Positions 29,077 through 37,998 of a stretch of 64,000 bases of DNA are shown in pieces; within the stretch, counting starts at the first letter, position 1, and every line of letters begins with the position of its first letter. The position numbers and the translations under genes are program-made. Location of the stretch: positions 1 through 64,000 of the forward strand of contig UYFQ01000177.1 in NCBI GenBank assembly GCA_900617105.1. Reading direction: 5' to 3'. Source of the DNA: Hydrurus foetidus (taxonomy: Eukaryota). The notes below the pieces were generated by a model, which was not told the DNA's origin, did not search any database, and saw nothing but the letters and a program-made list of their open reading frames with translations.

Positions 29077-30294
29077 TTACAGGCCTACGTCCAGGCCAAA
29101 AAAGTCGCCCGCCGCATCCCCCACGGCGTCCACATTGGACGCCTGGGCATCGGCCACCAGCAGCGCGGGGTCGATGCGGGTTTTGACGGTCACCGCTTCT
29201 AGCCGCAAGCGGGTCAGCGCCACCATGGCAAACGGCCAGTAAAGCCCCAGCGTGATCACGATCAGGAAGGTGTTCTTCAGCGTCAGCCACAGCAGCGATT
29301 TGAAGCGGAGTGCGCTGACAAAACGCAGTTGCACATTGCCGGTTTGGGTCCACACCAGGTTTTGCAGGCGTGAGATGGCGTACGGCTGGATGCAGACCAT
29401 GGCCACAACCATGAGCAGCCAACCCAACACCAGGCCCAGGACCATGGCGCCCATGCCGCCATCCTTGAGGGCAAAGGACAAGCCGAAGCCCACCACGCCC
29501 ACGACCGTGGCGGGCAGCAAGATGACCAATAGAAAAACGCCAACCACTTTGAGCGTCAGCACGTAAAACGAACCCACGCTGGCCTTGAACGATGTTTGCA
29601 GATTGCCCAGTGCGTAATGGTTGTGCTGGTACTGCTTGATATTCCAAAGCAGCCAGGGCGCGACCAGCAGGGCGCTCAGGCCCACAATGCCCGCCAGCAG
29701 CAGGTAGCGTTGGGGGCTGTTGATTTCGTCCACGCCGAACACTCGCGCACCGACCAGCACCAAGCCTGGAATGAAGACAGGCAACATGGCCCGATACGCC
29801 CCCGCCAGCGAGCCGCGGAAGCTGAAGCGCAGCCCGCGCCAGCTGGTGTTGGCCAGGCGGAACTGCAGGGACGACTTGAATAGCGCAGGCCATAGCAAGG
29901 CAACCACGATCAGCGCGACAAAGCCTGCGGTGGCCGAAAACTTGCCAGCCACCGAATACAGCCCGAACAGTACGCACACCAGCAGATAGCCCTTGAACAT
30001 CTTCAGGGGCTTGCCGTGGAATCCCAACGGCTGGTCGTCTACCAGCGTGTTGCCCATGAAGTAGCGCAGCTTGCGCGCCCGCGCCCAGGGCAGGTACAGC
30101 GTGAGCGTGACGATGGTGAGCAGCAGGTTGACGATCCAGATGCGGAAATACTCGCTGCCCGATCCGGTGAAGCGCAGGCGCAGCAGGTTGGTAGAAGGTG
30201 GCGCGGCCACCAGGGTGTCCTGGGCGTCCAGTGCATCCAATGCATCCAATGCATCCAATGCATGGGGCGCGTTCAGGCTGTCGTGTTGTGTCAT
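29077..30294 (-). CDS. yjgN: YjgN/DUF898 membrane protein
   Basis: FTGSGSEYFRIWIVNLLLTIVTL; TLGLYWP; paired with an M48 peptidase. Confidence 0.9.
   Translation of the reverse strand: MTQHDSLNAPHALDALDALDALDAQDTLVAAPPSTNLLRLRFTGSGSEYFRIWIVNLLLTIVTLTLYLPWARARKLRYFMGNTLVDDQPLGFHGKPLKMFKGYLLVCVLFGLYSVAGKFSATAGFVALIVVALLWPALFKSSLQFRLANTSWRGLRFSFRGSLAGAYRAMLPVFIPGLVLVGARVFGVDEINSPQRYLLLAGIVGLSALLVAPWLLWNIKQYQHNHYALGNLQTSFKASVGSFYVLTLKVVGVFLLVILLPATVVGVVGFGLSFALKDGGMGAMVLGLVLGWLLMVVAMVCIQPYAISRLQNLVWTQTGNVQLRFVSALRFKSLLWLTLKNTFLIVITLGLYWPFAMVALTRLRLEAVTVKTRIDPALLVADAQASNVDAVGDAAGDFFGLDVGL
30232..30263. repeat. 9-bp tandem repeat (TGCATCCAA, about 3.5 copies) in the yjgN 5' end
   Basis: Encodes (ALD)n in frame. 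Confidence 0.9.
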
Positions 30295-30363
30295 GGGTGT
30301 CCTCCTTGAATGTGAATGGGGCCTGTGGCGGCCCTCTGCTTTCCAAGGGGATCATATAGCGGC

Positions 30364-31263
30364 TCAGGGCCGCGCTTTCAGCTCCGGCTCCAGGGTGTCC
30401 CACAGCTCGCGTTCAGTCAGCGGCGTCTCGGGAGGCAGGTAGGGGTTGGTCAGGGTAAACACGCGTCGGCCCGCCAGGTTCAGGTCGCTGAGCAGTGATT
30501 TTTTGAATGCCTGGTAGCGCCGCTCGAACTTGCCGCTTTTCATCAGCAGGCGCAGGCCTTCTTCCACGCGTTGCGACAACTTTTCGCCCTCGGGGTTGCG
30601 GGCAAAGAAGTAGTAGCGCGGCAGTGGGTAGTACAGCAGCATCTTGTTCTCGATGGCCAGGCCGGGGTAGACCTTGTTGCCCGCGTTTAACTCGGGGCCG
30701 ACTTCGTTGACACCACGCGAAAACAGGTCAAACCGGTTGGAGTCCAGCATGGGCAGCAACTGTTCGTAGGTGGGGCTGGTGACGACGGTAAAGCCTTGGG
30801 CGCGCAGGATGTCGGCGTCCACCCACACCGCGCCCTGGCCAATGCTGAAGGTCTGTAACTGCGCCTGCGTGCGCACCGTGTCCAGCCTGGGTTGGGTGCT
30901 GGCCTTGATCAGGAACACGCGGTAGCCGGTCAGCCCTTTGTCCAGCGGAATGCGGATCGGGTTCAGCACCTGCTCACGTGCCATGCTGGTGGTGCGCGCC
31001 ATCACCGAGATGTCGCTGCCACTGGTGAGCAGTATCTCGGCGCGCGCTGCATTCATTTGCCGGCTGGACGGCGTCAGCGTGTAGGGGCCCCACTTGTGCG
31101 CCGTTTCATCGAGTGTGGCCTGCAATAGTTCCCAGTAATAGTTCATGCGCACATCGGTGCCGCTCTCGGGGGGCGGGTACACATAGCGCATGGGCTGCGC
31201 CTGCCCACAAAGAGGCCAGACCAGCAAGAGCGTGACAAGCAGTTGTCTCAAAGGCAGCATCAT
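30364..31263 (-). CDS. Periplasmic solute-binding-protein-like protein (orphan)
   Basis: Signal peptide; PIRIPLDKGLTGYR, IGQG..WVD, RFDLFSRG, LYYP..YFF. Confidence 0.8.
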   Translation of the reverse strand: MMLPLRQLLVTLLLVWPLCGQAQPMRYVYPPPESGTDVRMNYYWELLQATLDETAHKWGPYTLTPSSRQMNAARAEILLTSGSDISVMARTTSMAREQVLNPIRIPLDKGLTGYRVFLIKASTQPRLDTVRTQAQLQTFSIGQGAVWVDADILRAQGFTVVTSPTYEQLLPMLDSNRFDLFSRGVNEVGPELNAGNKVYPGLAIENKMLLYYPLPRYYFFARNPEGEKLSQRVEEGLRLLMKSGKFERRYQAFKKSLLSDLNLAGRRVFTLTNPYLPPETPLTERELWDTLEPELKARP

Positions 31264-31368
31264 GGGAAATTAGTTTGCACCAACATAGTTACGCTGGTGT
31301 GGCACTCGGCCAGCGCAAAAGCCACCACCTCGGCAGCGGGCTACGCAACGGCATTGAGCCGGCTTTGC

Positions 31369-32961
31369 CTAAGTTGTCAGCAACTTACGGTGCCGCGAAC
31401 CGGGCGATTCAGCCAGCGCATGTGCGGGAAGCTTGAATACGGACACCGCCTCCACTTGTTCGCCCGCCATGCCTTTGAGTCCGGATGCGGCCGCCGCCAT
31501 TTGCTCCACCAGGGCGGCATTTTGCTGGGTTGTGTAATCCATTTGCATGACTACTTTTTTGATTTCCTCGACCCCGACGGACTGCTCGGTACTGGCGGAA
31601 CTGATTTCCCCCATGATGGCCGTTACCTGACCGATGCTGGCCACCACGGCGCTCATGGTTTCACCTGCGCGATCTACCAATGCCGTGCCTTGCTCCACCC
31701 TGTGCACGCTGGTTCCGATGAGTTCCTTGATTTCTTTCGCCGCTGCTGCGGAACGGCCGGCCAGACTGCGCACCTCGCTGGCCACGACTGCAAAGCCGCG
31801 ACCCTGTTCGCCGGCCCGTGCAGCTTCCACGGCGGCATTCAGCGCCAGGATGTTAGTCTGAAATGCGATGCCGTCGATGACGCCGATGATGTCCGATATC
31901 TTGCGAGACGCGTCATTGATGCCGCGCATGGTTTGCACCACCCGGCCAACGACATCGCCACCCTGCGCAGCGACTGTGGATGCGTTCTGGGCCAACCGGT
32001 TTGCGTTGTGTGCACGTTCGGCGTTTTGTGTGACGTTGGCACTCAGATGCGCCATTGAGCCCGTCGCGCCCTGCAGGACACTGGCTTGTTGCTCCGTGCG
32101 CAAGGAAAGGTCGTGGTTGCCCTGGGCAATTTCTCCACTCGCGCTGGCCACGCCCTCTGCTCCGCTGCGCACGGTTGATACCACGCCAGCCAGTCCCAGT
32201 TGCATCTCCTTGAGAGCTTCCAACAGCCGCACCGTGTCTTCTGGTCCCTGTGGTGCAATCTCCTGGGTCAGATCCCCTGCGGCTACTCTGCGCGCGATGG
32301 CCACCGCCTGGCTAAGCGGGCTGGTGATGCCAAGAACAATCCACCACGCCAGCGTGCCACTTGCCGTAACGGCAAGCGCTACCGCCGCCACAAACAAGCT
32401 GATCATTCGCTTGTAGTCACCTGCCGCCTGTTCGTGGACCGCCTTGGACTCTTTGAGCTGCATCTCTACCAGCGAACGAAGTTGCAGGCGAATGGGACTG
32501 ATGGCAGCGTCCAGCGTGTTCATGTTTTCCATGATCGTGTCATTGCGGTTATTGCCCAGTGCTTCACGCAGTTTGGCCAATTCGTGTTTGGACTTCTCCA
32601 TCAACGCTTGCACGCGCGCCGTGACTGCCTGTTCCTCCGAGGTGAGTGGGGTTGCGGTGTACTCCTTCCAGGTCACGTCCACTTGCGATAGACCGTGGTC
32701 CAGCGCGTCCAGCGCCTGCTTGGCGTCCTGGTTGCCAACCGACACTTTGTTGGCCGCATCCAGGACATTGATGGCGTAAAAGTCGGCAATGTCATTGAGC
32801 TGGCGCAGCGGTACGACACGACCGTAGTACATGCTGTTCAGGGATTGGTTGATGGCCCTGACCTGGGTGAGTCCAAAGACTGCCATTAAGGCCATCAGCA
32901 AAATCAGCACTGAAAATCCCGCCATCAGCAGGGTGGAAATCTTCATATTTAGGAACTTCAT
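31369..32961 (-). CDS. Methyl-accepting chemotaxis protein with 4HB sensor
   Basis: TM-4[38 protein letters not shown]. Confidence 0.95.
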   Translation of the reverse strand: MKFLNMKISTLLMAGFSVLILLMALMAVFGLTQVRAINQSLNSMYYGRVVPLRQLNDIADFYAINVLDAANKVSVGNQDAKQALDALDHGLSQVDVTWKEYTATPLTSEEQAVTARVQALMEKSKHELAKLREALGNNRNDTIMENMNTLDAAISPIRLQLRSLVEMQLKESKAVHEQAAGDYKRMISLFVAAVALAVTASGTLAWWIVLGITSPLSQAVAIARRVAAGDLTQEIAPQGPEDTVRLLEALKEMQLGLAGVVSTVRSGAEGVASASGEIAQGNHDLSLRTEQQASVLQGATGSMAHLSANVTQNAERAHNANRLAQNASTVAAQGGDVVGRVVQTMRGINDASRKISDIIGVIDGIAFQTNILALNAAVEAARAGEQGRGFAVVASEVRSLAGRSAAAAKEIKELIGTSVHRVEQGTALVDRAGETMSAVVASIGQVTAIMGEISSASTEQSVGVEEIKKVVMQMDYTTQQNAALVEQMAAAASGLKGMAGEQVEAVSVFKLPAHALAESPGSRHRKLLTT

Positions 32962-32990
32962 GTGTTCTCCTGTTGCGACGCGCAGGCGCT

Positions 32991-33018
32991 CGTGTGACGT
33001 GTGACGTGTGACGCGTGA
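32991..33018. repeat. 7-bp tandem repeat (CGTGTGA x4) upstream of the MCP gene
   Basis: cgtgtga cgtgtga cgtgtga cgcgtga. Confidence 0.85.
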
Positions 33019-33093
33019 CCGGTGTGCCAGTATCGTCGCTTGTGGCAATCTATCAGAGCCAAAAGCCAGCCACCCTCGAAGCAGAGTGCTGGG

Positions 33094-33330
33094 TTAACGC
33101 GAACACGCCATTGCGCGAGCCGTCCTCAAACAACTTGTCGTTGCTGATTGGCTTGCCCGCTTGGTCCCACACGCGCTGGCGTGGTATTCGGATTCGCGCA
33201 CGAGCGCGGCGGGCTTCTCGGCCTCAGTCCAGAGCTTCTCGCGGCGCTTGCTGCCGTCCTTGTCAAAAAAGCGTTCCCGCTGGCCCGCGCGCTATGTGCG
33301 CTAGCCGCTATACAAATGGGAGTGGGTCGC
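33094..33330 (-). pseudogene. Remnant of a YwqK/MORN-variant repeat protein
   Basis: Fragments ERFFDKDGSKRREKLW...ESEYHAS and RQRVWDQAGKPISNDKLFEDGSR in different frames. Confidence 0.55.
33281..33323 (+). repeat. Dispersed 43-bp repeat core, degenerate
   Basis: TGGC-ccgcgcgctatgtgcgctagcc-GCTA-tacaaatgg-GAGT. Confidence 0.6.
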
Positions 33331-33355
33331 TAAGGTGGAGGAGCCTCTTGCTTCG

Positions 33356-33369
33356 CTGACCCAGATCAA
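33356..33369 (+). promoter_or_regulatory. Putative FNR/Anr box upstream of the usp gene
   Basis: CTGAC-ccag-ATCAA versus TTGAT-N4-ATCAA (8/10). Confidence 0.5.
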
Positions 33370-33434
33370 AGACTGTATCGCAGCCGGGTTGCAGCATGGA
33401 GGCTTGTTTCAACCCCTTAGCTTGCGAGACCCAT

Positions 33435-33875
33435 ATGTTCAAACACATTCTTTTGGCAACGGACGGTTCCACGTCCTCCGCCCACGCCGCGGCCTTGGCC
33501 GTGGGCCTGGCCCGCACCCACGGTGCCAGGCTGACCGCGCTGTATGTGGCTGACCCCTACCCCTATATGGGTGTGGGCGAGATCAACCCCATGGGCCTGC
33601 AGGCGTACGCAGCCGCAGGCCAGCAGCTGGCAGCCCAGGCCCACGCGCAGGTAGACGCCCTGTGCCACAGCGGTGGCGCGCCCGTGGCGCTGCAAGCCCG
33701 CCTGGTGGAGAACGCCACCGCGGTGTATGGCATTGTGGAGACCGCGCAGACCGAAGGCGCTGACCTCATCGTCATCGGCTCCCATGGCCGCTCGGGCGTG
33801 GCGCGCCTGGTGTTGGGCAGTGTTGCCACCAAAGTGGTGGCACAAAGCCCGGTGCCGGTGCTGGTGGCGCGCTAA
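33435..33875 (+). CDS. Universal stress protein
   Basis: FKHILLATDGS, DLIVIGSHGRSG...LGSVA...PVLV. Confidence 0.93.
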   Translation: MFKHILLATDGSTSSAHAAALAVGLARTHGARLTALYVADPYPYMGVGEINPMGLQAYAAAGQQLAAQAHAQVDALCHSGGAPVALQARLVENATAVYGIVETAQTEGADLIVIGSHGRSGVARLVLGSVATKVVAQSPVPVLVAR

Positions 33876-33946
33876 GCGCCTGCGCTTGAAAAAGGCCAGG
33901 GGGCCTCCAGTTACAGTGCCTGACCAACGCCTGTGATCGGAGCCCC

Positions 33947-34780
33947 GTGGCCTTTTTTGTGTTTTGCCTTGCCGCGTTGTCGCTGGCCGCAGGCCTGCTG
34001 GGCTACCCACGTTGGCAGCGCTGGCGCCGCAGCCGTGTGCAGCAGCAGCCGTTTCCCCCGCACTGGCGCAAAGTGTTGCGCCGCCGCGTGCCGCTGGTGG
34101 CGCGCTTGCCGGCGGACCTGCAACTGCAGCTGAAAAAGCACATGCAGGTGTTTGTGGCCGAAAAGACCTTCATTGGCTGCGCCGGCCTGCAGGTGACCGA
34201 CGACATGCGCGTGGTGGTGGCTGCCCAGGCCTGCCTGCTGCTGCTCAACCGCCCCGGTGCGGCCAGCTACTTTCCCCAGGTGCGGCAGATTCTTATGTAC
34301 CCCGGCCCCTTTGTGGTCAACCGCAGCCACACCGATGCTTCCGGTGTGCAACAAGAGCATCGCCAGGCGCTGGCAGGTGAGTCGTGGTCGCAGGGGCAGG
34401 TGATCCTGTCGTGGCAAGACGCGCTGGAAGGTGCCGCTACGCCTGACGATGGCCGCAACGTGGTGATTCACGAATTTGCCCACCAACTGGACCAGGAAAA
34501 CGGCCAGGCCATTGGTGCGCCGCTGCCCACCTGGGGCGATGCTCAGTACAACGCCAGGCGCTGGAAGCAGGTGTTTTCAGACGCCTATGAGCACCTGCGC
34601 GGCCAGGCCTTCATGCACGAACAGGGCCTGCTGAACCACTATGGCGCGCAAGACCCGGCCGAGTTTTTTGCCGTGGTGACCGAGGTGTTTTTTGAGCAGG
34701 GCCGCGCGCTGGCCACCGAGTACCCGGCGTTGTATGCCGAGCTGCGCGGCTATTTCAAGGTCGACCCGGCCACCTGGTGA
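33947..34780 (+). CDS. M90/MtfA-family zinc peptidase
   Basis: VAAQAC, GESW, NVVIHEFAHQLD, YGA..PAEFFAV. Confidence 0.9.
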   Translation: MAFFVFCLAALSLAAGLLGYPRWQRWRRSRVQQQPFPPHWRKVLRRRVPLVARLPADLQLQLKKHMQVFVAEKTFIGCAGLQVTDDMRVVVAAQACLLLLNRPGAASYFPQVRQILMYPGPFVVNRSHTDASGVQQEHRQALAGESWSQGQVILSWQDALEGAATPDDGRNVVIHEFAHQLDQENGQAIGAPLPTWGDAQYNARRWKQVFSDAYEHLRGQAFMHEQGLLNHYGAQDPAEFFAVVTEVFFEQGRALATEYPALYAELRGYFKVDPATW

Positions 34781-34972
34781 ACACCTTCATTGCCGCGGTG
34801 GTGATGAACCTGCTCGTCGCCGTCAACCACCGACCCGTGCAATACGTAGTTTTGTAAAGTCTCACCCGCCTGCGATGGTTTTCTCTTGAGAATCGGTAGG
34901 TGCGTGCGTACACTCACAGCTCCAGATAAAAACAAACGCACTGGACTTGACAGGGAGTGGACCGTGAAAAAT

Positions 34973-35425
34973 ATGAAACAAGGGCTGGGCCAAGCCCTGC
35001 TCGGATGGTGTCTGGTTGGGGCGTGCGCCCTGGCCCATGCTACAGAGTCTGTGCCCGTCCCCGTTCGCCAGGAGGGCAGCGTTCCGATGGCCCTGTTTGC
35101 CCCCACCCGCGTTGAAGCCCATTTGGCCAAAACCGCAGGCCTGGTGGTGGTGCAGCTCACCTCGTTTGAGACCACCTGCTCGTTCTGCCTTCGCGGCAAT
35201 CCGACCTACGATGCGCTGGCCAAAGACAGCGCGACCGAAGCCCAATTCATTCGCGTCATTTACCGCCCCTGGACGGGCGTCGGCCAAGACCCATTCGCCA
35301 AGGCGCTGGGCGTGGGTGGCTTGCCGGTGTTTTTGACCTACCAGGACGGGAAGCTGCTGCGCCGGCACGACGGCATTGGCACCCAAGCAGAACTGCAAAA
35401 GGACTTGCTGGACGGCCTGAATTAG
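34973..35425 (+). CDS. Exported thioredoxin-like protein
   Basis: Signal peptide; CSFC; GLP cis-Pro loop; start could be GTG 34964. Confidence 0.7.
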   Translation: MKQGLGQALLGWCLVGACALAHATESVPVPVRQEGSVPMALFAPTRVEAHLAKTAGLVVVQLTSFETTCSFCLRGNPTYDALAKDSATEAQFIRVIYRPWTGVGQDPFAKALGVGGLPVFLTYQDGKLLRRHDGIGTQAELQKDLLDGLN

Positions 35426-36042
35426 TTCGCGCCCACCAAGGCGGCCAGCGCCGCAGTGTCCATCGCGCCGGTGTTGCTGACCACTTCGCCCGTCTTGGGG
35501 TTCTTGGCCACCACAAAGGGCACAGACTCCACACCCAGACCATTGAACAGCACGGTGTTCGCCTTGATGGTGGCTTCCATCTCGGGGGCCATGCTGGCGG
35601 GCAGCGGCGCGCCACCCGTACCGGCGAGGATGGATGCCTCATGCGCGGCCATGAATTCGGCCGGGCTGCTGGCGCTCAGGATGGCGGCGCCCTGCGGTGC
35701 GCTCTTGCCGTTCAGAAACGACACCGGCACCCAGACAAACTTCACCCTGCTCAGCAGCGGCTGCGAGGCCTGCCAGAGGTGGCCGCAGTGCGGGCACTGG
35801 GGGTCAAACAGCACGTAGACCGGGTTGGCGCTCATCAGCGCACCAACGGCAAAGCCCTTGCCCTCGGCCGCAATCTTGTCGTAGGCCTGGGCCGGTGGCA
35901 CGCCGCTGGCGGCGGCTTTGGCGGGGGCCGCGTCTTGCTGCGAGCAGGCTGGCAGGCCCAGGGCCAAGGCAGCAGCCAGGGGCAGGGCCACCAGATGGCG
36001 GCGGGACAGGTCGGTGGCTGGGCGGGCAGTGGTGTGGTGCAT
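35422..36042 (-). CDS. DsbC/DsbG-like thioredoxin-fold lipoprotein
   Basis: SRRHL twin-Arg motif, LPAC lipobox, FDPQCPHC, SVP. Confidence 0.85.
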   Translation of the reverse strand: MHHTTARPATDLSRRHLVALPLAAALALGLPACSQQDAAPAKAAASGVPPAQAYDKIAAEGKGFAVGALMSANPVYVLFDPQCPHCGHLWQASQPLLSRVKFVWVPVSFLNGKSAPQGAAILSASSPAEFMAAHEASILAGTGGAPLPASMAPEMEATIKANTVLFNGLGVESVPFVVAKNPKTGEVVSNTGAMDTAALAALVGAN

Positions 36043-36160
36043 GTGGGTGGCAGAGAAAGAAATCAACAAAGATGGAGTGTGCGCGAAGGACAAAGGTTCC
36101 CCATTTGGTCATTTTGGAGGCACCGCCTGCAAACCCAGCACTGGCGCGGGTTTTGAGGCT

Positions 36161-36421
36161 TGTGAACATAGTTATCCACAAAGTGGCGCACAGTCTGGGT
36201 GGGTAACTTGTGCCCCATGGAAAACGACTTCTCCACATACACAAATTTGTAATGATTGATACCACAAATTTTTCTTCCATTGGCAAATCGGCCAAGTATT
36301 TGCGGCGCTGCACCATGAACTGCCTTTTATTTAGGCGCCGTGTTGAAAGCACCATTTGGCGCGGCTCCCGGCAGTTGTGCTGCAGGTTATCCACAGCGTG
36401 GCCCACATGAAACTGGGGTAA
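36161..36421. promoter_or_regulatory. DnaA-box cluster (oriC-, datA- or DARS-like)
   Basis: TTATCCACA at 36172 and 36387, TTCTCCACA at 36229, further degenerate boxes, AT-rich middle. Confidence 0.7.
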
Positions 36422-36427
36422 GTTTTT

Positions 36428-36991
36428 TCAGTCGTCAAACAGGCCGGGGCCGTTGAAGCGGGCGCGTTCGGTCAGCAGCATGCGCAGTTTGGTGGACACA
36501 CCGCCCGGTGCGGAAAAGCCTCCTGCGCCACTGTTGGCCGCCAGGATGCGGTGGCAGGGCACCACCGGCGCAAACGGGTTGACGCCCAGCGCCTGGCCCA
36601 CGGCGCGCGCTGCGCCGGGCTCGCCCAGCAGGCGGGCCAGCTCGCCATAGGTCAAGGTCTCGCCCGGCGGAATGCGGCGCGCCAGTTCGTAGACGCGCTG
36701 GTGAAACGGTGGCACGCCCGCCATGTCCAGCACCAGGTGGGTGAGGTCCGCGGGTTCGGTGGGGTGGCCTTCCAGCAGGGCCACGATGGCGTTTATGGCC
36801 ACCTGCACCTCGGGCGGCACCTCGGGTGGCGCTTGGGCCTCTGCGCACGCGGGAAAGCGCCGCGCCATGTGGGCCCGCGTGGCGGCCTCGTCGGCCTCGG
36901 GCAGTTGCACGCCGGTCAACCCATGTGCGCCCCACGCAATGCCACAAGTGCCCAGAGGCGTGGTGAACAGTGCGTAGGCAAGGGTGGACAT
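36428..36991 (-). CDS. ogt: Methylated-DNA-protein-cysteine methyltransferase
   Basis: IPPGETLTYG, ARAVG, VPCHR. Confidence 0.92.
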   Translation of the reverse strand: MSTLAYALFTTPLGTCGIAWGAHGLTGVQLPEADEAATRAHMARRFPACAEAQAPPEVPPEVQVAINAIVALLEGHPTEPADLTHLVLDMAGVPPFHQRVYELARRIPPGETLTYGELARLLGEPGAARAVGQALGVNPFAPVVPCHRILAANSGAGGFSAPGGVSTKLRMLLTERARFNGPGLFDD

Positions 36992-37003
36992 GGGCTGGCG
37001 GTG

Positions 37004-37711
37004 CTAAATACCCAGGCTTTGCAGCGTGACCAAGCCCTTGGGCGTATTTAGCGTGGCGATGAGGTTGGCCGAACCGGTGTCGACGGCAATGCCGGCCAAG
37101 CCCATGGCCTCATACGCGGCTTGCAGCTTCGCGGCCGTGGGGTGGGTGACGCTGATGCTTTGCAGCGCCACGCCCGAGCGGGGCAGGCTGTTACGCGGGT
37201 GCAGGCGCAGGGGCTCGGCATCATCGGGCTTGCCCCATTGGATGAGGCTGGGCAGCGCGCCGTTGAACAGGCGCTGGCCGTCCTCGCGCACGGTGATTTG
37301 CCACTGCAGCAGGCCACGGCGCGAGTGCCGGCTGGCGGGCATGGCCGGGCCGCGGTCAATGTCTTGTGCCTTCAGCGCAGCGCGCGCGGTGCGGATGTCG
37401 TCGGTGTTGGCCACAAAGTGCACCAGGCGCGGCTCGGTGGCTATGGCGGCTTGCAGGGCGGCATCGTCCAGGTCAAACCAGCGGCGCGTGGGCGCGTTGG
37501 CCGGGCGCTTGGCGCCGGGGTCGATGGCGATGATTTCAAAGTAGGCCAGCGGGTAGCTGGGCGTGGCGATTTTGAAGAGGCGGTTGTGGGTGCCGTACTG
37601 CGGGTGCTCGCCGCCGGGGGCGGGGGTGATGCCGAGTGTGGCTTCGCACCACTGCACGCCTTGTTCCAACGAGGAGGCGGCGACTACCAGATGATCGATT
37701 TGTGTTTTCAT
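37004..37711 (-). CDS. VOC family protein (Glyoxalase_3)
   Basis: IDHLVV, GGEHPQYGTHN, YFEIIAIDP, LPSLIQW. Confidence 0.88.
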   Translation of the reverse strand: MKTQIDHLVVAASSLEQGVQWCEATLGITPAPGGEHPQYGTHNRLFKIATPSYPLAYFEIIAIDPGAKRPANAPTRRWFDLDDAALQAAIATEPRLVHFVANTDDIRTARAALKAQDIDRGPAMPASRHSRRGLLQWQITVREDGQRLFNGALPSLIQWGKPDDAEPLRLHPRNSLPRSGVALQSISVTHPTAAKLQAAYEAMGLAGIAVDTGSANLIATLNTPKGLVTLQSLGI

Positions 37712-37749
37712 GGTTTGACCATACCACCGGTGCCGGTGGCCCGGCTACG

Positions 37750-37998
37750 TCAGTTCCACTTGAGGTAGACCCAGGCCGTGAGGATGAGCCCTATGCCCCA
37801 TAGCAGCCAGGTTTCTGACGCGGCGTAGGGGTAGAGCATCAGGGCGACGCCGGTCCAGACCAGCACTGGCTGCGTGGTCTTGCGGCCCCGGCGAAACGCG
37901 ATGTAGCCCACGATGCCAAACAGCAGCGAGCCCGCCAGGTAGGCGGGGCTGGGCAGCACCAGGCCCATGGATTCGAGCGCCTTCAGTTCTTCATTCAT
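37750..37998 (-). CDS. Small membrane protein
   Basis: Hydrophobic, GxxLMLYPY motif; overlaps the pbpC stop. Confidence 0.7.
   Translation of the reverse strand: MNEELKALESMGLVLPSPAYLAGSLLFGIVGYIAFRRGRKTTQPVLVWTGVALMLYPYAASETWLLWGIGLILTAWVYLKWN

Noticed and set aside
33028..33056. Possible sigma-28 promoter for the MCP gene (GACGATAC on the minus strand)
   Set aside because: The -10 has two mismatches and there is no convincing -35.
36806..36830. 12-bp duplication in ogt (PPEVPPEV)
   Set aside because: A single in-frame duplication in a linker with no sign of function.
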